A stretch of 64,000 nucleotides of DNA from Camelus ferus. Taxonomy: Eukaryota. Below the pieces are notes generated by a model. It saw only the letters and a program-made list of their open reading frames with translations, was not told the DNA's origin and did no database searches. Where the stretch lies: contig NC_045696.1 of assembly GCF_009834535.1 (NCBI RefSeq), forward strand, positions 119,414,001 through 119,478,000, given 5' to 3'. This document shows, piece by piece, positions 37,101 through 48,364 of the stretch (position 1 is the first letter of the stretch; each line of letters opens with the position of its first letter). The translations under genes and the position numbers were made by a program.

Positions 37101-38438
37101 TCACAGGCGCTGAAGTGTGACCGCTCCGAACCTGGTGTTCTGGTCCTGTGACCTGGTGGACGAGAATGCTTACAATCCAGCTCAGCCTCGCCAGCAGCAA
37201 GAGCTCCAGTCAGCTTTCTCTGATGTATTTAATGGAAGGCGTACTTCATCACAGCAAGCAAGAATTTTTTTCCCGAGACAACAGAATACAGATGTGAACG
37301 AGAAATGCATATTCTTTTCGACTTCCTCTCGCCTCTGTCTTCGGCAACTCTTGTAATAAGTGCTATCAGATTAGCTGAGAATGGTTCCGGCTGAGCATAC
37401 AAGAGGAGCGGAACCAAAGAGATGGGATGCGGGTGCGACGTCATCCCTCTTCACTTGGACCATCTCCCTGGTCTAGACTCCAGTGAAGTGAAATGACTGA
37501 GTTACAAGATATGAACATTGTTAAGGACTTTGCTACATGTGGCCAAACTGCTTCCAGAAAAGTTATACCGGGGTTCCAGTGTTGAACTCAAGTTTCCTAG
37601 ACCCTCAGTGCTGTCTTGGACCCTTAGCAATGTCTTTTTCTAAAGCTATCCTGTATTCCTGAATCGTATCACCAGCCCCATTTTTAGAATCGAACCCCTA
37701 ACTTTGACATTTAGAACCCATCCCACTCACTAGGGGCTGAGAGTATTTGCCAAGCTGTGTTTGGAAGAAATCTTTGTTCACAGGGGAAGCCCCCATTCCA
37801 CGATTACAGTGGCCCCATTACACACCGGACACACCGGCCATCCCCTTGCATGAACTCTCACATGGACTGGCAGCATTTTGTTAGTGAAGGAAAGAAAGGA
37901 GAGAGCATCTTCTCTCAACAAGAAGGAAGTGTCCAAAGGGAATCTCCGACCGCCACCTCCCACAGATAATTTGTTTACATCTTCCCGCTATTAAAGCTTT
38001 TGCATTGTCTCTAGTCTCTTGACAGGGAACCCACAAACCCTTTCCAGCAGAGAGGAAAGGCTGAGAAATAAATCTCTGTGTGAAAGTCAGTGGACTCAGA
38101 GATAGAAGTGATGGGCGGCAACAGCAAGGGCACATTCGAAGTTCATGGCTGTAAAATGGGAGCGACCATAAACACTTACTCTATCAGGCTGCTGTCAGGG
38201 TGAAATGAGCCCATTCATGTCGTCAGAACAATGCCTGCCACGTGGTACCCGTGCGGAAGTCTCAACCGTTATTATCAATAGCAGAAAGGGGTAGATTTGT
38301 TAGTTCAGGAGAACCTGAGCAGTGAGGTTCCAGTTGTGTGAGACCACTTATTGTCCTGCGGAGGTCTCATAGTAAACATAATTAAAGTATTGTATTTACA
38401 ATAAATATCAGTAAAACTAGGAGGCAGGACACATATAC

Positions 38439-38469
38439 CTTTTTTTTTTTTTAACATTGTTTACTATTT

Positions 38470-38536
<67 letters not shown>

Positions 38537-38619
38537 TTGTTAATGGAGGTACTGGGGATTGGACCCAGGACCTGGTTCTTGCTAGGCACGCACTCTACTG
38601 CTGAGCTATACCCTCCCCC
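38439..38619 (-). mobile_element. tRNA-Ala-derived camelid SINE with an expanded (TTTA)n tail
   Basis: ggaggtactggggattggacccaggacc...gctgagctataccctccccc preceded by about 17 TTTA units. Confidence 0.92.
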
Positions 38620-38694
38620 ATTCCTGAACAAGTTTATCTTGACATGAAATGACTGTGAAGCATTCAACACCTACTTGATGGCTGCCCTTAATTA

Positions 38695-38905
38695 ATCTAG
38701 GTGTTGGAAATCAGGAGAGCGGTCAGTCTCGCGGGGCAGTGGGTGGAAAGGGGAGTGGGTGGGGCTTCTGAGATGCCAGAATTCTGTTTCTGGATCGGGG
38801 GCTGGTTACTTAGATGTGTTCAGTTCGTAAGAATTCATCAAGCTCTACACTTGAGATGTGCATTTTTCTGTATCTGCATGTATTATACGTCAATAAAAAG
38901 CTTTA
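38695..38905 (+). mobile_element. Old L1M 3' fragment
   Basis: gaattcatcaagctctacacttgagatgtgcatttttctgtat...tattatacgtcaataaaa. Confidence 0.7.
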
Positions 38906-40849
38906 AGCACGTAAGAGTTTAATTTAAAAATTTTAAATGAGCATAGAATCATAGATGAATGTCTGCTATTGTCAGCAGCCTTCCTTAGAGAATGATAAAC
39001 TTCGTCATTGTTTAAATGTTCCCTTTTTGGACTTAAGCTATCTTGAGTGGGTTTCTTCAGCCTAGGGGTGGGTTGTTGACGCCAAGCCCCTCTTACTGGA
39101 GAGCAGCCCTCCCCAAGGACAGAGATGTGGGCCCCAGACTACCCCCCCGACTCCCCCATCCCAGGCATTTTTCAATAGCAGATAAATCTATTCTCTGCAG
39201 AAAGTTAAGTAATCTTCAAATCGTCCATCTCTAGTGTTCCATCAAGATCAAACCTCAATGTTTATCAAATTCTGCTAGGTCTTAAGTTCTTTGAAGAAAG
39301 ACACCCTGGACATCTAAATCACTAGTAACTTTCTTGTCTAAGAAAATCTCTCCAAAACAGAGGCAGAGTCTAACATTTCAGACACGAGAGCATCAACTGG
39401 CCCACCGAATCCCCTGCATCCACAGAGGGGAAGCAGCACCTCTTGTCTGCCTGGGGTGTGGGAGCCTCAGCCAGCACAGCCTCAGGACTCGCCATCTGAG
39501 ACGTCCCGTCGTCAGCCCAGACATTTCAGACGGTGGTTAAAGCTACGCTGCCCAAGTCTGGTGGTTTATTTCCCGACCTCAGTTCCCTAGACGGCTTCAG
39601 GAGAAAACAGAAACCAACTCAGAGTCCAGTTCCTCCCACGCAACATCCAGAGGACAGACATCCAGCCCAGGAGACGCAAGTGGCGGAGGAACGAGAAGCT
39701 CACAGCCGAGTAGAGCTCAGACCCTTGGCACGGGGACCTCACCTCTCCACACAGCCCAGGGGCCCGGAGCTAGGCCCAAAGAGGCCACAAAAAGTCCCTC
39801 AGAGGCAGGACAGCAGTAGGGGATAAAAACAGCTGCCTACCTTCCCCAAGCATCTCCGCCACTGCTCAGTGACCCGAAAGTCCATCCTCTGCCTTCCCTC
39901 CTGAACCCTCATCAAAGAACGGCTTTCACGTGGGGGTGCAGGGTGCTGCTGGTGACGTGCAGGGATGCCAGGCAGATGTCAGCGTGTGCAAAGATCAGGG
40001 GAACACTGCCAAGAAGGGCTGACGAGCACCAGCATCATCTCAGGCGGCCACTTATCCAAGTGCTCTTGTGAGACAGGACCGAGGACCGTTCAGTGCTGTA
40101 CTGAATGGCATCTTGACATCCTGTGCCTGACGTTTATCTTCCGCTTCTAGGTGCATTGAATGTGGAAGGTGCAGGTGACAATTAGCAACTGGTATGTGTG
40201 TGTGTCTCTGTGCCCGCGCACATGTGCACATATGGGGAGACAAAGAGGAAAGAGACAGACAAGGAGAAAGACAGAAGGAAAAAGAAGGTGGGTATGCAGA
40301 GAAGAGGAGGAAGAGACAGTAAATGCTGACACTGATGAGACAAAACAGATGGGGAAAAGGAAGGAAATTATCCTCTTTATCAGAGGAGGGAAGAGGAGGA
40401 AGGAAAAGGGCCAAATGGAGCAAGGGGGAAGACGGGGAAGAAAGAAGAGCTGGCGTGAGCGAGGCCAAGATGCACCTTCCAGCGCGAGCTGGCTCCTCCG
40501 GCTGGATTCTGGAGAGTCAGAGCTTTGGAACGTCTCCCGCAGTGACGGTTCTAAACTTGTCAGGTTCAGAAATTCAACTTTGTTAGGACCCCTGGAGATG
40601 GTCACAAGCTAGCAAAGGATGGTGAAATAAATTCCGGGATAACTTCATTATCAAAGATCAGACCTTTCCATGGTATGGAGAAGGAGAAGGGTGCCCACTC
40701 TCCTGACCCCCAGTTCCTGGACTCAGAGGACTTAATTTGCATCAGATCGGAGGGCTGGCAAGTCTAGTGGGATATTTTGATGATCTCCCAGAAGGGCCCA
40801 GACTTGACGTTTTTCTGGTCCAAATTCTCCTTTCTGCCTGTGACTCTCC

Positions 40850-40985
40850 ATGAGGTAGGTATTATCTTTATGCCAGTTCTTCAGGGGAGGGAACTGAGGC
40901 TTGCAGATGCTAAGGAACTTCCTCCAGATCACACAGGCAGTGAGGATGCAGGATTGAATTTGACTGAATGCAGGGCCTGAGGACG
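40850..40985 (-). mobile_element. MIR SINE
   Basis: atgaggtaggtattatctttatgcc...gaactgaggct...agatcacacagg. Confidence 0.65.
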
Positions 40986-41828
40986 TAACAGAAGTGAGAA
41001 TGGTTAAAACCACACCTGTCACCTGGTAGACACTCAACACAGCTGCTGTCTCTGTGACTAGAAGCCACCACTGCACTCAGGGAAATGGGCGATTCCTGCC
41101 ACTGCTGCCCAGATCAGTTTTCCCATCTTTGCTGTTTGCATCTCTCGCGTTGGCTGTGGCTGCATCTTATTAACTTAGCCTAAGTCATCATCTGTTGGAG
41201 CTTCCATGATGTGCTGGGAATTGCTACACAGTGGGCAGGAAAATCTGCCTTCACTGCACACTGCGTGTTCAGGCAGAGCTGTTGCTGAGTTGAAGCACAA
41301 AGATCCAGCCAAACCAGCCGTGGAAATGTTGAAATGCTTCCATATGAATCCGTCAGTTGTCACTCTCCCTCTCCCACAGGTGCCCACCACCATCCAGGAA
41401 ACCCCAGCTCTCCCCTCTGCACCCCGGGCCACTCCTCTGATTCAGCAACCGGGATGGTTAATTTTACATCAGCTTGCCTGGGCCAGGGAGTACCCCGACA
41501 GCTGGGTAAATATTACTCTGAGTGTGTCTGTGAGGCCCATTTGGGACCTCCCTCCAGCCGATGTGGCAGAGTCACTGTGATCAGTTAGTGCCAATGATTC
41601 CCCGGTAATTAAGCATTCCGGCTCCCCACAGGTGGGCCTCTGAGGGCACCAGGAAAGAGCATCTCTGGAGCACATCAGTCAGGTGGAGCAGGAGGCACCA
41701 TCTGACCTGGTCCTGCATCATGCCAGGCCTCCGGCATCCTGCTCCAGGATGGGGCTGCTCCTCCTGCCAGCCCCACATCAGTGCCTGCTGGTCCGGCCTG
41801 AGCCAAAATGCTTCAGTAAGTCATTGCT

Positions 41829-42004
41829 GGGGGTGGGGGTAAGGCTCAGTGGGAGAGCGCAGTGCTTAACATGCGAGAGGTCCTGGGTTCAATCTCCCAG
41901 TACCTCCATTAAATAAATAAATAAATAAAATCCTAATTACCTCCCCGCCCCCCCAAAATAAAATACTAAATAAATAAATAAATAAATAAATGTTTAAAAA
42001 TAAA
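41829..42004 (+). mobile_element. tRNA-Ala-derived camelid SINE (vic-1 type)
   Basis: gctcagtgggagagcg...gaggtcctgggttcaatc...cctaattacctcccc; TSD taa(g/a)tcattgc at 41817-41827 and 42005-42015. Confidence 0.92.
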
Positions 42005-42791
42005 TAAATCATTGCCATTTGTGAGTGAAATCTCCGGGGGGGCAAACGGGCCCTGGAGAGGGGATGGGGCGGGGTTGCTGCTAAGACAGACACACTCCGT
42101 AGGTGTTGGCTCACAGTATGTCTGTGTTTAAGGTCCAGATCCCAGATCCCTGCACCTAGAGCTACATGAGAGGAAAGCGAACTTTTGTCTTCATTCTTCC
42201 TGGCCCCATTCACACACAGGCTCACAGGCGAGGGGGCTGCAGGCGTTTTTCCACTCTGCATATATTTCCCAGTGTAACCGGGCAGAGGAGGAAAATGTAT
42301 GTAGTCAAATTAGGAGGTCAGTTTGTCAGAGAAACTTCATAGGAGGGGGAATGCCTCAGGCAAATCACAGGAAAGGAGACAAACCCCAAGTCTGCAGGGA
42401 GCGGCAGTTCCCACCTGCTTCCCCAGGGCGCATCTCGAAACATTAAGTGGACAAAGGTTTGCCCGGTGCCCCTGCCCACATCCCATCCCTGGAGTGGGGT
42501 CCAACGGTCAGGAGGAACAAGAACTTGACCTGACATGTGACCTCCAACCCAGCTACGCAAAAGCAGAATGTCCGTGGTCTGTGCTCAAAATGAAATGATC
42601 TCAACATCGGAGCTCTTTTTTTGAGAAAAAAAAAAAAAAATCAGTTCCTGTCTCACGCAGGTTTTGTTGCAGTCTTCAGGCCTCTGATTCTAGTTGTCCT
42701 GTGTAAGAGATGTGTGCACGAGTGAACATGTGTGTCTGTGCATGTGCTGGGACGCGAGAAGGAACAGAGACAGAATTAAAGCCGGACCTGG

Positions 42792-43148
42792 CATCGCTTA
42801 TATGTGGAATCTAAAAGAAAAGAACACAAATGAACTACTTATTACTTATAACTTAGATGATTGACTTCTTGAATATGTGTAAGCACATCTGACTGTCCTT
42901 TATAATTGGATTACTGCATTCTGTTGATTCTTATTTTGTGGTTGGCTTTATTCCTTTGATAACTATGTAAGTTTAAAAAGATAAAGCTCTAAATTGTTCT
43001 TAGAAACAATGAACAGTACATATATATGTAAGTTTTTTTAAATGTGTAGTATGCTGTATGTATGTATTTACATGCAATACATTGTATATGTGCAATCAAA
43101 TTGTATCAATTTTACCTAATAAAACTGAAAAATGGGAAAAAAAAAAAA
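42792..43148 (+). mobile_element. L1-mediated insertion: short L1 ORF2-end fragment joined to about 300 bp of unrecognised AT-rich sequence, with AATAAA and poly(A)
   Basis: catcgcttatatgtggaatctaa (SLICGI-stop) at the 5' end; AATAAA at 43118-43123; poly(A) at 43137-43148; TSD 12/14 identical at 42778-42791 and 43146-43159. Confidence 0.8.
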
Positions 43149-44560
43149 GCAGCACCTGGTGTGGGTATTAGCTGGGTGTCCGAGTCTTAGCGACCATCCC
43201 CTTCCCCCGCCTGGGCTAGGCTTCCTGCATCCAGGCGATGATCCCCAGCCTCAGGTCCTCCCGAACCCCACACCAGTCATCTGGGGCCATCCCAGCCCCT
43301 CCCAGTGACTTCTCCTGACTCCTTCTGAGGACTTGAGTGCAGTGGGGGTGGGGGGCGCTACTCCTGAGGGCTATGAACAAACAAAGACAAGCAATAAAAG
43401 GGGAAAGCCGGTCACTGCGAACAGAATGAGGTCACACATTTAAAAGATGCCTTTCAGAAGGAGGGCGCAGAGGGTTTCCCCCACAGGGCAGCTTTTAATT
43501 TAAATTACTTCCAACCCACAGCAAGACTCGCCTTTATCCACGATGGGTCAGTTCCCAGGATGCCCTTTGGCGAGGTCTGTGCAGCTAAAGGGCTGAACTG
43601 CCTCTCCAAGCCACACAGACCGCCCAGCGCACCTGGTGCACACGCTGTAGCAAGGCGCTGGCAGGCCGCATCCTCCCCTAGGAATTGTGGACCATTCTGA
43701 ACGGACTGGCTGCTCTGGGGAGAGGCACACACGTGTGTCTGAAAGGTGGTGGTCAGGGCACAATTGGCCAGTCACTTGATTTTCTGACTGATTTATTAGC
43801 TGTTTCAGCTGGTTTAAGTTCCTTCATGCGCTCAGCAATTAACCCCTTCTTAGAATGCTCTGGAAAATGAAGTATCTTTGAGGGCGCGCTAAGCATTCAG
43901 CTCATATGTCCAGCCTGTTGTCTACGCGCTTCCCAGCCAACAAATGAGAATCTCCAAAAGCTGGTAAAGGACTTTGTGAAAACAGAGTAGGTAAAATACA
44001 TCGATTTGCGTAGCACCCTTCTACAGAATTCTTACGTACAAGGTTATGCTACTGTTTTTAAAGAATTCATTGCACTTGACTTTTTCATTATTAAGGGCGA
44101 AAGAGGGTGAAACCTAAGGAGCCTGAAGACCTCGGCCCTTTCCTTGGATCTGCAGGGAGTTAAACTCTGGGCCCCCAGTTTCCTCCTCCAGAAAGAGGGC
44201 AGGAAATTACCCACCTTTTACGGAAGTCGCACTGGTCAAGGGGACAGTCTGGATGTAAGGCCATTGTAAGCTGTAAGGTGTTAGAGTAAAAGATTATTAA
44301 AACTCGTCTCCTTTCCTCCATCCTCCCCCCCTCAACCCTGCCCTGGCTCAGAGTCTCTACTCCTCCTGCCACCACCCCCTGAAACTCCAAGCCCACAAAC
44401 TCAGGCTTTGCTGGGAAAATTCCAGATGCTCTGACCTGGAAGGGCTGGGTCTTATTCCAGCTCCCTCTGTACACTGTCACCCCCAAACCCAGCTATAATT
44501 ACACGGAGATCTGAGGCTGAGTCACAGAGTTGGTGGGCCTCGCCACTAGCGGTTTGAGGA

Positions 44561-44652
44561 GTGTGTGTGCCTGCATATGCGTGTGTGTGCACATATATGT
44601 GCGTGTGCCTGCATGTGTGTGCATGCATGTGTGTCTGTGCGCATGTGTGCAT
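44561..44652. repeat. Degenerate (TG/CA) purine-pyrimidine microsatellite
   Basis: gtgtgtgtgcctgcatatgcgtgtgtgtgcacatatatgtgcgtgtg... Confidence 0.85.
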
Positions 44653-46149
44653 CCTGAATATCAGGCATCATCACTCCCCGGGGGCACTCTGATTCATGGC
44701 GTTTTAAAACTCGATGCTCTCGGCAAATGCCCCCTGCCCTCAAGGCGTTCATTCAAGGCCCCTGCATGCTACACTCACCCTGTACTGCCTTTCCTGTGGA
44801 CACAGCTGTGAGTGGAAGACTCTGAGGGTGTTAGGCTGGGCCTGGGTGCTCCTTCCGGGCCCAGTTTGTTGGATTCTTGTATATTTATTGCCTTCAGGGT
44901 TTCTCTGACTTGGCAGCATTTTCTTTCCCAGGCATGATCTTGACGGCTCCTGTCCGGCATAAAGCAGCCCGCGGGGTAATGCACCAGCTGCTGCCACGGG
45001 AAACCTTGGCCTTGGGCTCTGTCAGCTCTCCTCCCCGGGCACCTCCAACATGGGTCCCTTTAATGCAGGACAGATCTCCCCAAAGAAAAGACTCCCTGCC
45101 CCCAAGATTTACATACTAGTTCTGGAGACCCGGGAATAATCAAAACCATAAAGAGGCGCTTCGGCCCTGAATATCAAATTCCTCCATAGATTCTTCTCCT
45201 TCCCGTTAAGGACAAGTGTTTTGGAGAAATGAACTTGGGCAGGAGGAGAAGGGTGGGGCATGGCTGTGACTTCTCTGACCAGATCATTTCCACCAGCGCG
45301 CTCTCTGGAACTCCAAGAGGACTTCCCGTCAGCACCATGGCCTGACGTCGGAGCACCACATCCGAGCTGATGTCTGCGGTGGGTGTTGAGAGCAGGCCGT
45401 GCTCTGGTGGAGGTAGCTTCACCCAGAGCTGCAAACTCAACACTCCTGCCCCTTCCTTGTGCTCATCCTGATGGGGTGGTTCTCAGAGAGCTGAGGCCAA
45501 GGAAAACATCCTTTGGTGAAATCCACTGAAAGGGCCGCGTTGAGCTATTTCAGGAAAGCTCTCACACAGAGTGTGTTCAGGATAAGATGTTTTCTATCAT
45601 CATTTGATATAGAAGGATTATAAATGGAAATCACTTAAAAAAAATACACAAATGATTGCTGGCAGAGCTATTAGCCCCCTTTCCCTCTCCCCTCCAAAAA
45701 AATTGTCTCCGTCTTCCAGACCATCAGATGTATCAGTTGCCCAGATCAACCTGCAACCCCCATACTACTTTCCTGGTACTGCTGACCACCCCAATCTCAG
45801 CTGCTCTGCCCTCAAACCTGCCCCCGGGCCCTTCAGAGCTCACATTCTGCCATCGCCAAAAGCTTCTAGAGTCTCGCCATCCTCTCCAAGCTTTCCCTTC
45901 AGCCTCTTGCCCTGATGCTGGAACCGGGTCTGCCCTCAAGACACCACGTCCCTTTTGCCCCACCACATGGAGGCTGCTCTGTCCTCTCACAGTGGTCCTC
46001 CCTGCCTCCCACTACCATTTCCAAGCCATTTCCCATTCTTTTACCTGCAAAAATCCCAGCTCCTTTGATGTTCACGCTTCCTAAGCAGAGCATCTCAACC
46101 CCTCTCTGGTCCTATTGTGTAACGATCCCAAAGCGATCACCCCTAATTG

Positions 46150-48150
46150 TGCAAGTTTCCAGCACCTAGCACCCTAACTCTCCTCTGTGGCTCTGGAAAC
46201 ACAATTTCAGTACCTATATGATGACTCATCCAACACTTAGCATTTCCTTTATTTTATTTTATTTTTTTACTGAAGTGTAGTTGATTTACAATGTTAATTT
46301 CAGGTATGCAGCAAAGTGATTTGTTATACATATACATACATATATGTATATTCTTTTCAGATTCTTTTCCATCATAGGTTATTACAAGAAATTGAGTATA
46401 GTTCCCTGTGCTGTACAGTAGGTCCTTGCTGTTTAATCTATTTTGTGTATAGTAATGTGTATCTGTTAATCCCAAATTCCTAATTTATCCCTCCCCAACC
46501 CTTTGATAACCATAAGTTTGTTTTCTATGTCCCTGAGTCTAATTTTGATTTGTAAATAAGTTCATTTGTGTCGGGTTTTTTTTGATTCCACATATAAGTG
46601 ATGTCATATGATATTTGTCTTTCTCTGTCTGACTTACTTAATATGATAATCTCTAGTTCTATCCATGTTGCTGCAAATGCCATTATTTCATTCTTTTTGT
46701 ATGGCTGAGTAATGAATATACATATACATATATATCACAGCTTCTTTATCCAGTCATCTGTCGCTAGACATTTAGGTTGCTTTCATGTCTTGGTTATTGT
46801 AAATAGTGATGCACTTGGGGTGCATGTGTCTTTTCAAATTAGAATTTCCTCTGGAATATGCCCAGGAGTGAGATTTCTGGATCATATGGTAAGTCTATTT
46901 TTAGTTTTTTAAGGAACTTCCATGCTGTCCTCTATAGTGGCTGCAACAATTTACATTCCCACCAACAGCAACACTTGGCATTTCTACACTTTGACTTCTT
47001 CACCTCCATTTCTCTTTTCCTCAAATGCACCCCATCAGCCATCCTCTCCCATAGTCATTTCCCTGAGTTGTCACCACCGATAAAAGTATCACCGCAGAAA
47101 GCTGCCTGCTCGCTGACTCAGACAGCCCACACCAAGCCATCAAGCCTGCTTCTCCACGGAGGCATTCAGTCCAGAAGCCGTTGTTTCCTTATCCATTACC
47201 CTGCTCGAGTCCCTGCCTTCCTCTTCCCTCAGATCACAGTCTGTGATCCATCGTTACCCTCACTGCCTCCTGGCAACCTCCCCCCGGCTCCCTGATGCCT
47301 ATTCCCCTGGTTAAATCCAACTGAAGTTAAATCCACCCACTCCACACCTCTACCTGGGTAGCAGACTCCTGCTGGAGCAAAACGCACAACTGTGACAACT
47401 GGTCTCACCTTAAATTCATGATCACCATCTTGAGCCTGCAGAGGCCTCACCTGGGCTGCCAAGGCAGGCTCCACCACTCCTGAATACAATCATCTGGGGC
47501 TTTCTTGTCTGTCCTCTAACTGCCGTCTTCCCCTCTCTGGCCTCCCTCCCAGATGACAACCTTGTCTGGTTTTTTACTGAGAAAACAGAACACAGTCAGA
47601 AACTCTCCCTTCTTCCCAACTATGAAGTTGCTTCATTTGCCTGCATCCGTCCCCAAATGCTCTGCTCTCCCTTCTGCTGAAATGGAAGGAGTGTCCCTGC
47701 TCTCATTTGAAGCCAACACCTCCAAGTGGTCCCCACAGCAGTTATTCCCTCTCCCCAACTCTGCAGACAACCTCAAAGCCATGCACTTACACCCAACTAT
47801 CTCCCAAGAGAACTTCCTGTATCTCATTGCATCTTATCTCTGGGCTAGGCTGGGACCAGGGCGCAGCAGGAGAGGCTGCACCCAGGGCCCCTGTGATGCA
47901 TCCCTACGTTTCCCACCCTCGCCGCCTCTCTTGCCTCGTTCTAGTCCCGGCCCCATCTCTAGGATCTTCAGAGCCATTCCCCAGCCCCTTTCCTATCTGT
48001 CCCCCAGACTATGACAAGCTCCCACCTTCTTTATAGCATTCACTACTGTTAGAGTTTAGTCATTGTGTGATTATTTATTTGATTTCTGCCTCCCATACTG
48101 GACTATCAGCTCCCCCAGGGCAGGGAACAGATCTCCCACACTCACTGCTA
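46150..48150 (+). mobile_element. Long L2 remnant (ORF2-derived segment through the 3' end), split by an L1
   Basis: gctggagcaaaacgcacaac...ctggtctcaccttaaattcatgatcacc and tactgagaaaacagaa resemble L2 ORF2; L2 3'-end-like sequence at 48020-48150. Confidence 0.65.
46247..46968 (-). mobile_element. 5'-truncated L1 (ORF2 C-terminus plus 3' UTR)
   Basis: L1 3' UTR and ORF2-end motifs; TSD caacactt(a/g)gcatttc at 46231-46246 and 46969-46984. Confidence 0.93.
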
Positions 48151-48364
48151 TAACATCTTTCTGTTCCTCCTCAGTTTCGCTATCTGTAGAATGGGAGTAT
48201 CACACCCAATGAATGCTGGGTTTTAGGATTAATAGTACCCCTGTCATCTAGTAAGTTCTCAGCACGTAGGAGCTACTTTGTCCATAATTGCTCAATGAAT
48301 CCATACATGAAAGAATAATTCCAAACTGATGGCTGGATGAAGATTTGATAGGGCTGAGTGCTTT

